A stretch of 64,000 nucleotides of DNA from Nitrosopumilaceae archaeon (GTDB lineage Archaea; Thermoproteota; Nitrososphaeria; Nitrososphaerales; Nitrosopumilaceae): NCBI GenBank assembly GCA_965203465.1, contig CBDBCR010000002.1, forward strand, positions 32,001 to 96,000, in the 5' to 3' direction. The position numbers and the translations under genes were made by a program. Under the pieces are notes generated by a model that did no database searches, was not told the DNA's origin, and worked only from the letters and a program-made list of their open reading frames with translations. Shown here in pieces: positions 48,545-60,807 of the stretch (its first letter is position 1; every line of letters begins with the position of its first letter).

Positions 48545-49273
48545 CTAGGCTTCCTTTACGGACACGGCGCCGTCCTCGTACACCGCGTAGTGGCGAAGCG
48601 CGGTGTCTATGCAGTGGTGCTCCGAATCCGCGGTTTTCCCGCTGCGCACCTCGTAGTCTTTTGTGTGGCCGAACACTTGGCTCACCCCGGCGACGTCCTC
48701 GAACTCCGAATAGTCGCACCACGTGATGCCGCCTACCTCGCGCAGCCCGCCCCTGCTCCTGCCGGCCTCGAACAGGGGCGCGCTGCCCCCCTTTAGTGCA
48801 GACTCCATCTGGGCGTACGCGCCGGACAGCGCCTCTGAGGCGCCCGCCTTTCCGGCCGCCCCGGAGCACCTGCGCACCAGCGCGCCGGACAGCCCGGCGT
48901 GCGTGCAGAGCCACCGCCCGTCCAGCCAGCAGTAGGGGACGGCGCGCTGCCAGGGCACGCGCGCGGCGCGTATCTCGTCTAGCGTGAGCTCGTCGTACCC
49001 GCTGCAGCGGAATTCCCGGTTGGGGCTCATGTAGTGGACGTCGTGGTTGCCGAGCAGGTGCACGCGCCCCTCTTTTTCCATGGATCCGGCCAGCCACCGG
49101 GCCGTCTCTTCCGGATCGCCGCCCTCGAAGCTGTCAAAGTAGTCGCCCAGGAACACGGCCGTGTCCGGCGCCTCTTTTTCCAGAATCCTTTCGGCCTTTG
49201 CGTGCTCGTCGTGCACGTCCGGCACGATCACTATCCTGGCGCCGGGGCGCGCGTCCAGCTCCACCCTAGCCAC
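48545..49273 (-). CDS. Calcineurin-like metallophosphoesterase
   Basis: DVH, GDYFD, GNHD, THAG, GHT; alternative GTG start 49264. Confidence 0.9.
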   Translation of the reverse strand: MARVELDARPGARIVIVPDVHDEHAKAERILEKEAPDTAVFLGDYFDSFEGGDPEETARWLAGSMEKEGRVHLLGNHDVHYMSPNREFRCSGYDELTLDEIRAARVPWQRAVPYCWLDGRWLCTHAGLSGALVRRCSGAAGKAGASEALSGAYAQMESALKGGSAPLFEAGRSRGGLREVGGITWCDYSEFEDVAGVSQVFGHTKDYEVRSGKTADSEHHCIDTALRHYAVYEDGAVSVKEA

Positions 49274-50177
49274 CCGCGACGGCCATGCGCAGCATGCCGC
49301 CCAGCCTGCGCTCCGGAACCCGCCCCGGCCCGCCGTTGATCCCGCGCGAGAGGCGCCTCGCGAGCCGGACGGCCACCTCGTAGACGAGATCCCACAGGCG
49401 GCTCTCGGGGGCCGCGTTGTAGGCGCGCAGCAGCAGAGACAGGAGCCACCGGGCCCCCGGGTATTCGGTCCTGATGTACTCTGCCAGGTATTCCTGCGAG
49501 CTGCTTATCTTGTAGCGCAGGTGCTCCAGCGCCTCGGCCCGCGCCGCGTAGCCGGTCCTTGCCACGCGCACGCGCCCGCGCCTCATGGCCGACAGGGCCC
49601 CGTCCAGCGAGCCGCCAGAGTCTATCTCGTTGACGCACCTGCCCATCGTGGAGAGCACGTGCGAATCGCTGCCGGCCACGGCCGTCATGCCCCTCTCGAG
49701 GGCGAACTCGCAGGCGCGCGCGTTCGACACGAGGTCCACGTTGTTGCTGTTGAACGCCTCGACCATGTCGCACTCGGAGGCGCGCTCGCGCAGAGCGTCC
49801 AGTATGCTGAAGGGGTGGGGCGCAGACGAGACGCCGTCCTGCCGCCTCACCTGCTCGAGCGTCTCGTCCAGGCCCATCCCGGGCCTGATCTGATCGCGCA
49901 GCCCGTAGGCCAGCACGTGCGCGCCCGTGTCTATGGTTATCTCCTCTGCCGGAAAGACCGATATCCCGGCGAACTTTTCGTGGTCCCTGGCGCACTCGAG
50001 CATCTGCGAGTACCCGTCGAGCGTGTTGTGGTTGGTCACGAACACCGCGTCAATGCCGGCCGCCCTGGCGGCCTCGAGCTGGTCGCGCACGCCGACGTTG
50101 CAGTCGTACGGCGGCTCCCTGTCCCCCACGTGGAAGTTCGAGAACGAGTTGTGGCAGTGGAGCTCGGCGCGCAGCAA
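49266..50177 (-). CDS. PHP-domain phosphoesterase
   Basis: ELHCH, TNHN, PHPF, GSDSH. Confidence 0.9.
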   Translation of the reverse strand: MLRAELHCHNSFSNFHVGDREPPYDCNVGVRDQLEAARAAGIDAVFVTNHNTLDGYSQMLECARDHEKFAGISVFPAEEITIDTGAHVLAYGLRDQIRPGMGLDETLEQVRRQDGVSSAPHPFSILDALRERASECDMVEAFNSNNVDLVSNARACEFALERGMTAVAGSDSHVLSTMGRCVNEIDSGGSLDGALSAMRRGRVRVARTGYAARAEALEHLRYKISSSQEYLAEYIRTEYPGARWLLSLLLRAYNAAPESRLWDLVYEVAVRLARRLSRGINGGPGRVPERRLGGMLRMAVAGG

Positions 50178-50213
50178 CGCGGCGCAGGCCCGGCGCGCCG
50201 ATTATAACCGTTT

Positions 50214-51647
50214 TCAGTACCCGCGGGCGAACAGGACCTCGCGCCCGCCGCCCTTCCCGCAGACGGCGCACGGCGCCGGCTCGCCCCGCTCGAACGGCAC
50301 CACGCGTATGTCCGCGCCCGTCTCGTCCTTTACCTTTTTTTCGCACGCGGGCGAGCCGCACCACGGCGCCCTGGCAAAGCCGGCGCCGGCCGCCTCCCTG
50401 AGCTGCCCGTACGAGGAGGCAGAGCGCGTCATGGATTCCTGGGCCGCGCGCGCCGCCTCCAGCATGTCCTTCTGGATCCGGGCGAGCATGGCAGCGGAGC
50501 GCGCGCCAAGCTCGCCTAGCGGCACGCCGAGCTTGGAGCCGTCGCGGCGCACCGCCACGAGCGCCTCGCCCCTGGCCAGGTCGCGCGGGCCCACCTCCAC
50601 GCGCAGGGGCACGCCGCGCATCTCCCAGTCGTTGTACTTGTAGCCGGGCGTCAGGTCCCTGTCGTCGAGCGAGGCGCGCACGCCCGCCTCGCCGAGGCTC
50701 CGGAGGGCGCGCCCGGCCGCCTCGGCGACGGGCCCCCTGTCGGGCCCCTTGAAGGCTATGGGTATGACGACCGCCTGCAGGGGCGCGACCCTTGGCGGCA
50801 GCACCAGGCCCCTGTCGTCGCCGTGCACCATTATCATGGCCCCTATCAGCCTCCACGAGACGCCCCACGAGGTCTGCCACGCGAAGCGCTCGGCGTTGTC
50901 CCTGTCGGCGAACTTTACGCCGAACGGGCGCGAAAAGTTCTGCCCCAGAAAGTGCGAGGTGCCCATCTGCAGGGCGCGCCCGTCGGGCATCATCGATTCT
51001 ATGGTGCTGGTGTACACGGCCCCGACGAACTTTTCGGCCTCGCTCTTGCGGCCTGCCACCACGGGCACGGCCAGCTCCTCCTCGACGGTCTCGGCGTACA
51101 CCCGGAGCATCTCGGAGACCTGCTCTTCGGCCCCGTCGCTGTCGGCGTGGACCGTGTGCCCCTCCTGCCAGAGGAACTCCGATGTCCTCAAAAAGGGCTT
51201 TGTGGACTTTATCTCGGCGCGCAGGGCCGTGTTCCAAAAGTTGATCTTTAGCGGCAGGTCGCGCCAGCTGCGCACCCACTTGGAGTACAGCGAGTAGGCC
51301 AGCGTCTCGGAGGTGGGCCGCAGCGCGAGCCTGTCGCCAAGCTCGGCGCCGCCCGAGCGGGTGACCCAGAACACCTCCGGGTCGAAGCCGGCAAAGTGCT
51401 CCTTTTCCAGTTTCAGCAGCGATTCGGGTATCAGGGTGGGCAGGAACCCGTTGCGCACGCCAAGCTCGGCGAAGCGCGCGTCGAGCCTGGAGCGCAGCGC
51501 CTCCCACACGGCGTACCCGTCGGGGCGCAGGGCCACCAGGCCCTTTACGGGGACGTAGTCTGCAAGCTCGGCCCTGATGACGACCTGCGTGTACCATTCG
51601 GCAAAGTCGCCCGACTTTGAGGCCGTGATGCCCTCCTGCTCGCCCAA
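50214..51647 (-). CDS. proS: Prolyl-tRNA synthetase (archaeal/eukaryotic type)
   Basis: LRPTSET, FLRTSEFLWQEGH, QTSWGVSWR, terminal FARGY. Confidence 0.97.
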   Translation of the reverse strand: MGEQEGITASKSGDFAEWYTQVVIRAELADYVPVKGLVALRPDGYAVWEALRSRLDARFAELGVRNGFLPTLIPESLLKLEKEHFAGFDPEVFWVTRSGGAELGDRLALRPTSETLAYSLYSKWVRSWRDLPLKINFWNTALRAEIKSTKPFLRTSEFLWQEGHTVHADSDGAEEQVSEMLRVYAETVEEELAVPVVAGRKSEAEKFVGAVYTSTIESMMPDGRALQMGTSHFLGQNFSRPFGVKFADRDNAERFAWQTSWGVSWRLIGAMIMVHGDDRGLVLPPRVAPLQAVVIPIAFKGPDRGPVAEAAGRALRSLGEAGVRASLDDRDLTPGYKYNDWEMRGVPLRVEVGPRDLARGEALVAVRRDGSKLGVPLGELGARSAAMLARIQKDMLEAARAAQESMTRSASSYGQLREAAGAGFARAPWCGSPACEKKVKDETGADIRVVPFERGEPAPCAVCGKGGGREVLFARGY

Positions 51648-51721
51648 CGGGCGCGGGCGCCCGCCTGCCAATATGAGGCTTGGCCGATCCGCATTTAGGT
51701 GGGGCCTTTCCGGCGCGCGGC

Positions 51722-52528
51722 GTGTTCGGCAGGGACGATCCGGCCCAGTTGATGCGGCAGGCCTCGCAGGCGGCCGGCAGCGACCCCAAGAGGGCCGCCT
51801 CGCTGCTCGGCAGGGTGCTGCGCGCCGAACCGCGGAACCGCGAGGCGCTCTACCGGCGCGGCCAGCTGCTCAACCGGCTGCGCAAGTACTCCGACGCGGT
51901 CACCTGCTTCGACGCGCTGCTCTCGCTGGACCCGCAGGACGTGCGGGCGCACATCAACCGGGGCATATCGATGGCCGAGATGGGCGACACCGAGTCGGCG
52001 GCGCGCAGCTACGAGCGCGCCATGGCGGCCGACCCGCGGTCCGCGCCTGCCCGCTTCAACAGGGGCGTGCTCTACGACCGCCTCGGCGACCACCGAAAGG
52101 CGCTCGAGATGATGGACGAGGCCGTGCGGCTGGACCCGTCGGCCGAGGGCCCGCTGTTCTACCGGGGCATAGTGCTGGCAAAGTCGGGGCGCCACCGCGA
52201 ATCGCTGGAGTGCTTCGAAAAGGTCGGGCGCAAGTTCCCCGGCCACCGCGACGCGCTCTTCCACCGCGGCATAGAGCACGCGGAGCTGGGCGAGCACGAG
52301 CTGGCCCTGCCCATATTCGAGCAGATCCTGTCGGGGGGGCCGAACACCAACGTGACGTACGCAAAGGCGCGCAGCCTGGCCGCGCTCGGCCGCGACGGCG
52401 AATCCCTCGCCCTGCTGGAGCGGGCCGTCAAGGCCAGCCCGAAGCAGATCAGGGCGTGGATGCGCGAGGAAAAGTCGTTCGCGCGCCTGCGCCAGTCCGA
52501 AAAGTTCAGGAAACTGGCAAAGCTATAG
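51722..52528 (+). CDS. TPR repeat protein
   Basis: Repeated 34-aa NRG/YRG...A...P pattern. Confidence 0.88.
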   Translation: MFGRDDPAQLMRQASQAAGSDPKRAASLLGRVLRAEPRNREALYRRGQLLNRLRKYSDAVTCFDALLSLDPQDVRAHINRGISMAEMGDTESAARSYERAMAADPRSAPARFNRGVLYDRLGDHRKALEMMDEAVRLDPSAEGPLFYRGIVLAKSGRHRESLECFEKVGRKFPGHRDALFHRGIEHAELGEHELALPIFEQILSGGPNTNVTYAKARSLAALGRDGESLALLERAVKASPKQIRAWMREEKSFARLRQSEKFRKLAKL

Positions 52529-53209
52529 GACGCTGCCGCCCACGCCGTCTATCTTGAACGAGGCGGTGCGCCTGTCCGGTCCGGCAAGGGACACCGTATA
52601 GACGGGCGCGTATATCATGGATATTTCAGAGACGCTCGTCTCTTCCTGCAGGTCGCGCACCTCCTTTTCCATCTCGGGGCGCAGGGCGTCGCGCAGCATC
52701 CTTTCGGCGTCTTTGTCGGGCGGGATCTGCGAGTCGGGCGTGTGGGCGTTGGCGGCCAGCACCTTCTTCGGATAGTGCTCGATGTCGCCGGCGCCCGTAT
52801 CGTGCGCGAACCCGACCTCGGCCCCGTCGGGCGCAAAGTGCCGCGCGCCCTTTTCAGAGACCGAGACGCGCTCCTCGAGCGGTATGTCGGCCCTTCTGCC
52901 CACCGACAGCCTGCCTATGCCGGCCCCGCGCCTGGACGGGAAGGTCACGCCCCCGAAGACCACCTCGTCTACGTTGCCGTCGACGGAGAGCGTGTGGACA
53001 GCGCTCCGGTAGTAGGCCGCGCGGTACCTGCCCGAGACGCGCACGGTCAGCTCGTACTCTAGCGAGACCGACTTTACGGAGACCTCGGATCTCTTGGGCC
53101 TGGACAGCAGGGATCTGAACGGGCCGGTCTTTTTCCTCTCGATCAGCTCCTCGAGCTCATTTTCGTCCATCTTTTTGAGGACAAGCGTCCTCTTCCTGGT
53201 CAGGGCCAC
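52523..53209 (-). CDS. Hypothetical protein
   Basis: 228-aa ORF divergent from the surface protein gene, normal composition. Confidence 0.75.
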   Translation of the reverse strand: MALTRKRTLVLKKMDENELEELIERKKTGPFRSLLSRPKRSEVSVKSVSLEYELTVRVSGRYRAAYYRSAVHTLSVDGNVDEVVFGGVTFPSRRGAGIGRLSVGRRADIPLEERVSVSEKGARHFAPDGAEVGFAHDTGAGDIEHYPKKVLAANAHTPDSQIPPDKDAERMLRDALRPEMEKEVRDLQEETSVSEISMIYAPVYTVSLAGPDRRTASFKIDGVGGSVL

Positions 53210-53230
53210 GGGGAGCCGGAACCGATGACG

Positions 53231-53261
53231 ATATATATAGTCGGGGGGGGGGGGCGGTGGC
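53231..53261 (+). promoter_or_regulatory. TATA box plus G12 tract plus CGGTGGC
   Basis: ATATATATA 53231-53239, G12 53243-53254. Confidence 0.7.
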
Positions 53262-53267
53262 TTAGGA

Positions 53268-56200
53268 CTGGGAGGATATCTGGGCTTTTACGTTCTGGCG
53301 GTAGCGGCGATCGCCGCCTGCGCGGCCGGCATACATGAAGCCGAGGCCACCACGCCGACGGTGACCCAGTTCACCGACCCGGTCAGCACAGACGTCTATT
53401 CTGCGTCCATGGACATGACCAACGACGGCACATGGGCCGCCACCATGACCATAAACTTCAACACGCCGGTAAAGTTCCACACCAGCGAGGCCGACACGCT
53501 CCAAGACATCGTGGTGTACAGGGGCGCCGGCACATCCAACACAAAGGGCGCAGCCTCTGTGAAGGGCTCTGGGATAGAGATCAGCGGAAGCACCGTAAAG
53601 GTGCACTTTTTGCCGCCGGCCGAAGACAATCTGCGGCTGATGGGCCCGACCACCCGCCATCTTTACATATCCGGCACGGCGCTAAAGTCCGTAGATACCA
53701 GCACCGACCTCGCGCAGGTCGGGACGACGAGCCCGAGCGGAACCGGTACGATCCAGTCGGCCACCGCCGACGGCGCTACTCCGAAGGTGGCCAGCGCCAG
53801 ACTCGACCGGGACAGCCGGATCATGTACATCGTCGCGGACGAGTCCCTGGCATACGGCACCTACCAGACGAGCAGCGACGCCGTGACTTTTCCGACTACC
53901 CTCAACTCGGCCGGCGAGACGACCAACTCAAACGCCACAAAGTTCCACCTGCGCGACGGCGCGACTGCATCGAGCGGTGGCATCACGATGGACGCATCCT
54001 TCAACACCATTAGCACGCACGGCTCGCCCATCCACGAGATCCGCTTCACGCTCACTACGGGCAATCTTTCCACGCTCCTCGCATACGCAAACCCGCACCT
54101 GCACGTAGACGCAAAGGCGTTTTCGGGCGTGTCTGATTCGCTGTATCCCCTCGCCAAACACGACAACGCAATCATCAAAAAGCAGCTCAACTACCTGCCC
54201 AGGCTCACCGTTGCGCAGCTGGACACGTCCATGCGTGTTCTGACCCTCACGTTCGACGAGTCGGTAACGAAGGATTCGGGCACCTTTTACATACGCAACA
54301 GCGCCACGGGCAGCTATACCGCGTCGACCGACGTCTCGGGAACGCTCAGCTCCGTCTCGGGAACCGCCGGAACGGCGACGCTTTCGGCCTCGGATGCCAC
54401 GAAGGTGCAGAACATGGCCACGCCGCACCTGCATTTGAACGCCGGGGCGGTGACCGACTCGGGCGGCGCGCCCAACGCCAAAAAGGCCGTGGCGCTGACT
54501 ACCACGTCCGAGCCAGTTCTGTCCGGTGCCACGATAGACCGGGCCACCGGCGCGGCCACGCTCACCTTCGACAAGTCCGTCACAAAGAGCACGGGCAACA
54601 TCGACATACGCGAGGGCAGCTCGGCCACGCACAACGCGACGAGGGATGTGCGGATACCCGCAAGCGACGCCTCCGTGTCCGCGTCCGGCTCGTCCGTCAC
54701 GTTCACGCTCTCTTCGGCAAACCTGGCGAAAGTCAACGCCATGACGAGCCCGCACGTGTACCTCGACTCCTCCGCGGTGGTCGATTCTTCGAGCACGCCC
54801 AACGCCGCGCTGACCGCGGGGCAGGACGTCGTGCTCTCGCCGCGGCTCGTCTCTGCCTCCCTGGTGCCGGCGACCCGGGCGCTGAGCGCCACGTTCGGCG
54901 AGCAGGTCTCTGTGCCGGCCACGAGCCCGGGCAACGTGTACGTGGCTTCGGCGGGGGACAATAACGGGTTCACGTCCGGGACAGACGTGCGGCTGCCGCT
55001 GTCGGGCACCGCCGCCTCACACTCTGCGACGATCACCGCCGCCGAGCTCGCCAGGGTGCTGGCCATGACGGACCCGAAACTGTACGCCGAGGCCAACGCC
55101 GCGACAGTGTCGGGCCTGGCCAACGCGGCAGGTTCCGTGGATCTGGCGATCACCGCGCCGGTAGTGTCCTCGGCCGCCGTCGACATCGGCACCGGCGCCG
55201 TGACCCTGACGTTCAGCTACGGCGTCTCTGCGGGCGCGGGCAGCATGGACATCACGCAGACAAGTTCGGCCGCGTACGATCCATCCGCGCATGTGCGGGT
55301 GGCCGTCTCGGACACGACCGTCTCGGGAAGCCAGCTTGCCTTCACGCTCTCGGAGCCGGACCGCAAAAAGGTCATAGCCTTGGGCGCCACGCTGTGGGCG
55401 CGCCTTCCGGCCGGCCTAGTCTCGGGCGGCGCCGGCGGCGATCTCTCCGCCGTCTCGTACAGGTTCACCGTCACGGCCGACACGACCGCGCCGACGCTCG
55501 TGGCGACCGGGCCTACCAGGCCAGCCTTGGACGAGGAGACCGGGATACTGACCCTGACGTTCAGCGAGTCCGTAAAGGACGGATCGGACGTCGACTTGGA
55601 AAAGATCTTCATAGGGACGGCTCGTTCAGCACCGGCGGCACGGCGCTGTCTGTCTCCGGGGCGGCCTCGACTGTCACGTCCACGGCCGACACCGACGCGC
55701 AAATCACCGTGAAACTGACCGAAGAGCTGCGCAAGTCCGCCATCGGCTATGCGACGCCGCACGTGCGCCTTGATGCGGGCGCCGTCAAGGACCTGTCCAA
55801 CCAAAACATAGCCGCGGCCGCCAGCACCGAGATCGACGATCTGGCAGACGCGACGGCCCCGACGCTCGTGACGGCCGGCTCGGACAGGCCCGCCTTGGAC
55901 GAGGAGACCGGGATACTGACGCTGACGTTCAGCGAGTCGGTAAAGGACGGCGCCGATGTCGACCTGACAAAGATCTTCGTGGCCAACGATCCGTTCACCT
56001 CCGGCGGCACGGCGCTTACAGGCTCGGCTGTGACTTCTACTGAGGATACGGACGCCCGGATAACGATAGATCTGACCGAAGAGCTGCGCAAGGACAGCAT
56101 CGGGTACGCGGTACCGCACGTGCGCCTCGCGCAGGGCGCCGTCAAGGACCTGTCGAACCAAGACATCGCGGCGGCCGCCAGCGCCGAGATCAACGATCTG

Positions 56201-59200
56201 GCCGACACGGCCGCGCCGACGCTCGTGGCGAGCGGCGCGAACGGGCCGGCACTCGACGAGGAGACCGGGATACTGACACTGGCGTTCGACGAATCTGTAA
56301 AGGACTCTGACGTCGACTTGGCAAAGATCTTCATAAACGACGGCGCGTTCACTTCGGGCGGTTCGGCCCTGACCGGCTCGACTGTCACGTCCGCCGCAGA
56401 CACGGACGCCAAAATCACGATAGACATGACCGAAGAGCTGCGCAAGTCCGCCATAGGCTATACGACGCCGCACGTGCGCCTTGATGCGGGCGCCGTCAAG
56501 GATCTGTCCAACCAAGACATAGCCGCGGCCGCCAGCGCCGAGATAACGGACACCGCCGACACCGCGGCCCCGCAGCTCAGCTCGGAGACTGCGCCAGTAT
56601 TCCACGTGCCCACCGGGGCGCTGACGATCGTGTTCGACGAATCGGTAAAGGACGGCCAGGCCAACGTGGATCTGGCCAAGATATTCATCAGCAGCGACAC
56701 ATCCGTCTCGGGCGGCACGGCGCTTACCGGCTCGACGGTGGGCTCGACGGACGATACGGACGCCGAGATATCCATAACGGTACCAGAGGCGCTCAGGCTG
56801 CAGGTGATCGCCCAGGCGTACACGCCCTACCTGCGCTTCGACGCGGGCGCCGTCTCGGATCTTTCAAACCAGGCCATCGCCGCGTCGACCGCCGGCACGG
56901 CGATCAGAAAAGTCACCGACACCGATCCCCCACAGGTCTCGTCCGCCGCCCTGAACGAGGAGACCGGATCTCTGATCATAACGTTCGACGAGACCGTCGA
57001 TGTGTCCAGCGCGGCGAACGAGGGCGCAAGCTTTGCGCTGCGCGAGGGCCCCGGCGCGCAGGCAGGCTCGGCCGGCGAGGTCGTCCTGTCGGACGCCGAG
57101 ATAAAGCCCGGCCAGACCGACGGCCCCGCGCTCGAGTTCGCGCTGTCCGAGGCCAGCAGGCGGGACGCCATAGCTTTGGCAGACCCCCACCTGTACATCG
57201 CCGCCGGCGCCATAGAAGACATCGCCCTCAACGGCATCGGCGAGCCGGCAAGCGGCCAGTTCTTTACCACAGTCGTCGACGTCTCCCAGACGCTGGACAC
57301 GACCGCCCCGGCACTCGAGACGACGGGGAACGACAGGCCCGCGCTCGACGAGGGCACCGGGGTATTGACGCTGACGTTCGACGAATCCGTGCGGGACGGC
57401 GCCGGCGTCGACTTGACGAAGATCTTCATACGCGACGGCCCGGGCGCCGGCGGCGCGGCCCTGACCGGCTCGGCGGTCACGTCCTCCGCGGACACCGACG
57501 CCGAGATCACGGTGGAACTGACAGAGGCCCTCCGGCAGTCCGCCATCGGGTACGGCACGCCGCACGTGCGCCTCGAGCCTGGCGCCGTGAGGGACCTGTC
57601 GGACCGGGGCTCTTCGGCCGCCGGCGCCGAGATCGACGACTCTTCGGATCTTGCGCCACCCGAGATGACCATGGCGCTCGTCGACGCGACGCGGCGGGTC
57701 CTCGTGCTGGTCTTCGACGAGTACGTGCAGGCGGGCCCGTCCGGCTCGGCCAGCCTGGTCTCGGGCGGCGCCCAGACGAGGCTTGCCGACGCGACGCCGC
57801 AGTCCTTGGATGACCGGACCCGGGTATCGTACGATCTGAGCCTCGCCGAGCTGGGAATCGCGATAGGCCCCGGCGCGCGCGCCAGCATCGGGGCCGGCTC
57901 GGGCGTGTCGGACACGTCGGGCAACCCGGCCCGGGCAGCGTCGGCCGACTTGGTAGTGACCGACGAGACCGCGCCGGCGTTCGTCTCGGCGACCATCATA
58001 TCCGATTCGGTCGTGCGCGCCGTCTTCGACGACATACTGGCGGCCCCGTCCGCATCGGACTTTTCCGTGTCCGGGCACCGGATAGCCTCGGTCTCGCTGG
58101 GCCCGGACGGCAGCACCGTCAACATAACGATCGCCGGCGCGTTCGCCGAGGGGCGCAGCGTGCAGGTGGCCGCCGGCGCCGGCATACGGGACATGTTCGG
58201 CAACCCGCTGGCGCCGACCACGCTGACCGCAGAGTACGAGCCCATACGGGTGGCGGTCAGGGCCCTGACGATATCGAGCGACAACGCGGCGCGCAACCCG
58301 TCCAACGCGGACGGCGCGGAGCGCGGCCTGGTGCGCGCCGGCGACACGGTGACGCTGCGCCTCGAGGCCGACCCGTCGGGCGCGCGCATCGCGCAGGCGT
58401 ACCTGCAGATATCGAGCGCCTCGGCGGCCGCGTCGGTCGACGGCGGCGGACTGGGGCTGTCCGCCTCGCTGCGGGTGCCCCCCGACGCGGCGCAGGGCCC
58501 GCTTCAGTTCGCGATACGCACGACCGACGAGTTCGGGCTCCGGGCGTCGCTGGGACCAGGCGATCTGACCGGCGCCAACGTCTCGGCCGACACGGTGCCG
58601 CCGGCCGTCGTCTCGGCCTCGGCGAGCGGCATCGATTCGGTCACGGTGCGTTATTCGGAGCGCGTCGCGGTGGGCAATTCGGGCGCCACGGTCACGGTCG
58701 GCTCGGCCACGTACTCGGCGTCCTTTTTGGGCTCGGGCAGCGAGACGATACTGGCGTACTGGGACGGGGTCGGCTCGGTGCCCGCCTCGGCGGTGCTGCG
58801 CGGCCTCGCCGTCCACGACATGGCCGGCAACGCGGGCTCCGGCGGCCCGGTCGGCGCCGGACCGTCGGTCGGCTCGGCCTCGCCGGGCCCGACCGGCGTG
58901 ATGCCCATAGCCAAGGGCACCACCCTGCGGACGGTCACGGCGCCCGCCGGCGTGGAGCCGGCGCTGGAGCTCTCCTCGGCCTCGGCCACCGACCCGAGGG
59001 TGGCGTTCGCCGGCGGCCGGACGGCGGCGTTCGAAAACCCGCTCAGCATAATCACGCAGGAGCCGGGCCTGCCCGACCTGTTCTTCCAGGCGGGAACCGA
59101 GGTGGGCGGCCTCGCCGGGTTCACGGTGGCCGAAGTCGGCCTGGAGGCGGCCGTGGTGGTGGCCCCGTCCGAGTACGAGGTGCCGGCCGGCTCGCCCGCG

Positions 59201-60505
59201 CTGGACGCGTACCCGGGCCTGTACAACCCGGCGACGGCCGTGCTGGTGGGCAGCCCCGTATCCGACATCGCGTTCAGCAAGCCGGTCCGCATGGAGTTCG
59301 ACATACCGCTCTCGGGCCTGGTCTTTTCGGTCGACGCGGCCGGCACCGTGCTCCCGATACCTGCGTGCGCCGAGGGCTACGGGGGCGCCGTGCCGCTCCT
59401 GCAGGATGTGCCGGAAGGGTGGCCTGCCGAGACGTACGATCCGCTCGCGTGCGTATCGGAAGACTCTGTATGGACGCTGCACTTTTCGGTGTTCGGCGTG
59501 GCGTATCCGTCCTCGGGCGGCTCGGAGTGCGACGACTGCTCCCCGCCGACGCTCGGCTACGACGAGTACGGCGCCAAACTCGTGGACGGCGGCTTTGCGT
59601 ACAACGGCCTTTCCTCGGACGTGGCGTACTTTTTCACCCCGTACCCCCTGATCGAATCCGAGGTGGGCAAGGAAAACACGGCCGTCTTCAAGATATACGA
59701 GAACGAGGGGCCGGGCAACGTAGAGCATATTTCGCTGGCCTTCGGCCTGCGCTCCGGCGAGGTCATATCGGAGAGCAGGGCCGTGATAAACTACGACATT
59801 TCGTTCGACGGGACCGGCTCGGTCTCCGTGATAGATCCGGACGGCGCCATCGACCCGGAGACGCTGAGCGCCTCGCACGATACGGTGGACTGCTCGGCGG
59901 GCTCTTCGCTGGAGTGCCTCTCCGTATCCATAACGCACACGTTCCGCGCGCCGCTCGAGTTCGACATCGTGGGCACGGACGTGTGGGACAGGGAGCGCAA
60001 CTCTTGGCAAAACTACTACAACCACGGCATACGGGTGTCGGGCGAGCCGATGGACCCGCAGCCCGGAACGGAGGTCAACGGCGGGCATCTGGTGCTGTAC
60101 CCCATATCTGAGGGCTCTTCGAACACGGACATCATGATAGACGCCCAGGGCCGCCTGTTCAAGATGTCGCCCGACGGACAGTACGTGCCGCTGTCCAACC
60201 AGTCGCGGCTGTACCACGACATCGACGAATCCATGTACCTGTACGACGGCATCCCGAAGCAGGGCTACGACCGCGGGGACCTCGAATTCAGGGACCACCT
60301 GTACGCGCAGGTGCTCGCCGCGCAGAAAATCCTGGACGCCATGATGCCGGCCCCCGAGGCCGAGGCGTCCGAGCCAGACCAACAGGCGCCCGACCGTGCG
60401 GCGCACGAGCGGCACCTGCGCGAGGCGGTGCTGGCAGAGCAGGCCAGGGCCGCGCTGCTCTTCGAGGAGCTGTTCGGGTATCAGGGCATCAACGCGCAGG
60501 ACTAG
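53268..60505 (+). CDS. Giant secreted repeat surface protein (~2400 aa), -1 frameshift at 55614-55616
   Basis: Signal peptide ending AEA, ~120-aa beta-rich repeats (LDEETGILTLTFSESV), C-terminal CDDCSPPTLG domain. Confidence 0.82.
55480..57650 (+). repeat. ~360-bp internal coding repeats
   Basis: GACGAGGAGACCGGGATACTGAC recurs near 55530, 55898, 56255, with diverged copies beyond. Confidence 0.88.
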
Positions 60506-60769
60506 CCGGGTTCGGGCGCGGGCCGATCCGGCGGCCGCGCCCGACCAGCTTCGGTTCGGTGCCTACGCGCGGAACCTGCCCCGCCGTGCGGCCAAATGAC
60601 AAGTTCCTGCCTGCCGGCGGATCGGCGGAATCGAAGCCGTGGACGGAAGCAACCCGTGCCTGCGGTGAGCGTTAGCTGCGGATGCGGGCGGCACGAAGCG
60701 CCCTCGCCCGACCCATCGGCCGCGGCCGCCAGAGTCCGCTAGCCGGCTGCCGGCGTAAACAATACTTGG

Positions 60770-60801
60770 TTTATATGGGCGGGGGGGGGGGGGGCGGTGG
60801 C
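60770..60801 (+). promoter_or_regulatory. TATA box plus G14 tract plus CGGTGGC
   Basis: TTTATAT 60770-60776, G14 60781-60794. Confidence 0.7.
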
Positions 60802-60807
60802 AGAATA

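Noticed and set aside
56864-60415. Long Arg/Gly-rich antisense and alternate-frame ORFs here and throughout
   Set aside because: Expected stop-codon scarcity at high GC; no motifs; they overlap clear genes
60512-60544. GC-rich hairpin after the giant protein gene as a terminator
   Set aside because: No oligo-T tract, and such hairpins arise easily at this GC content
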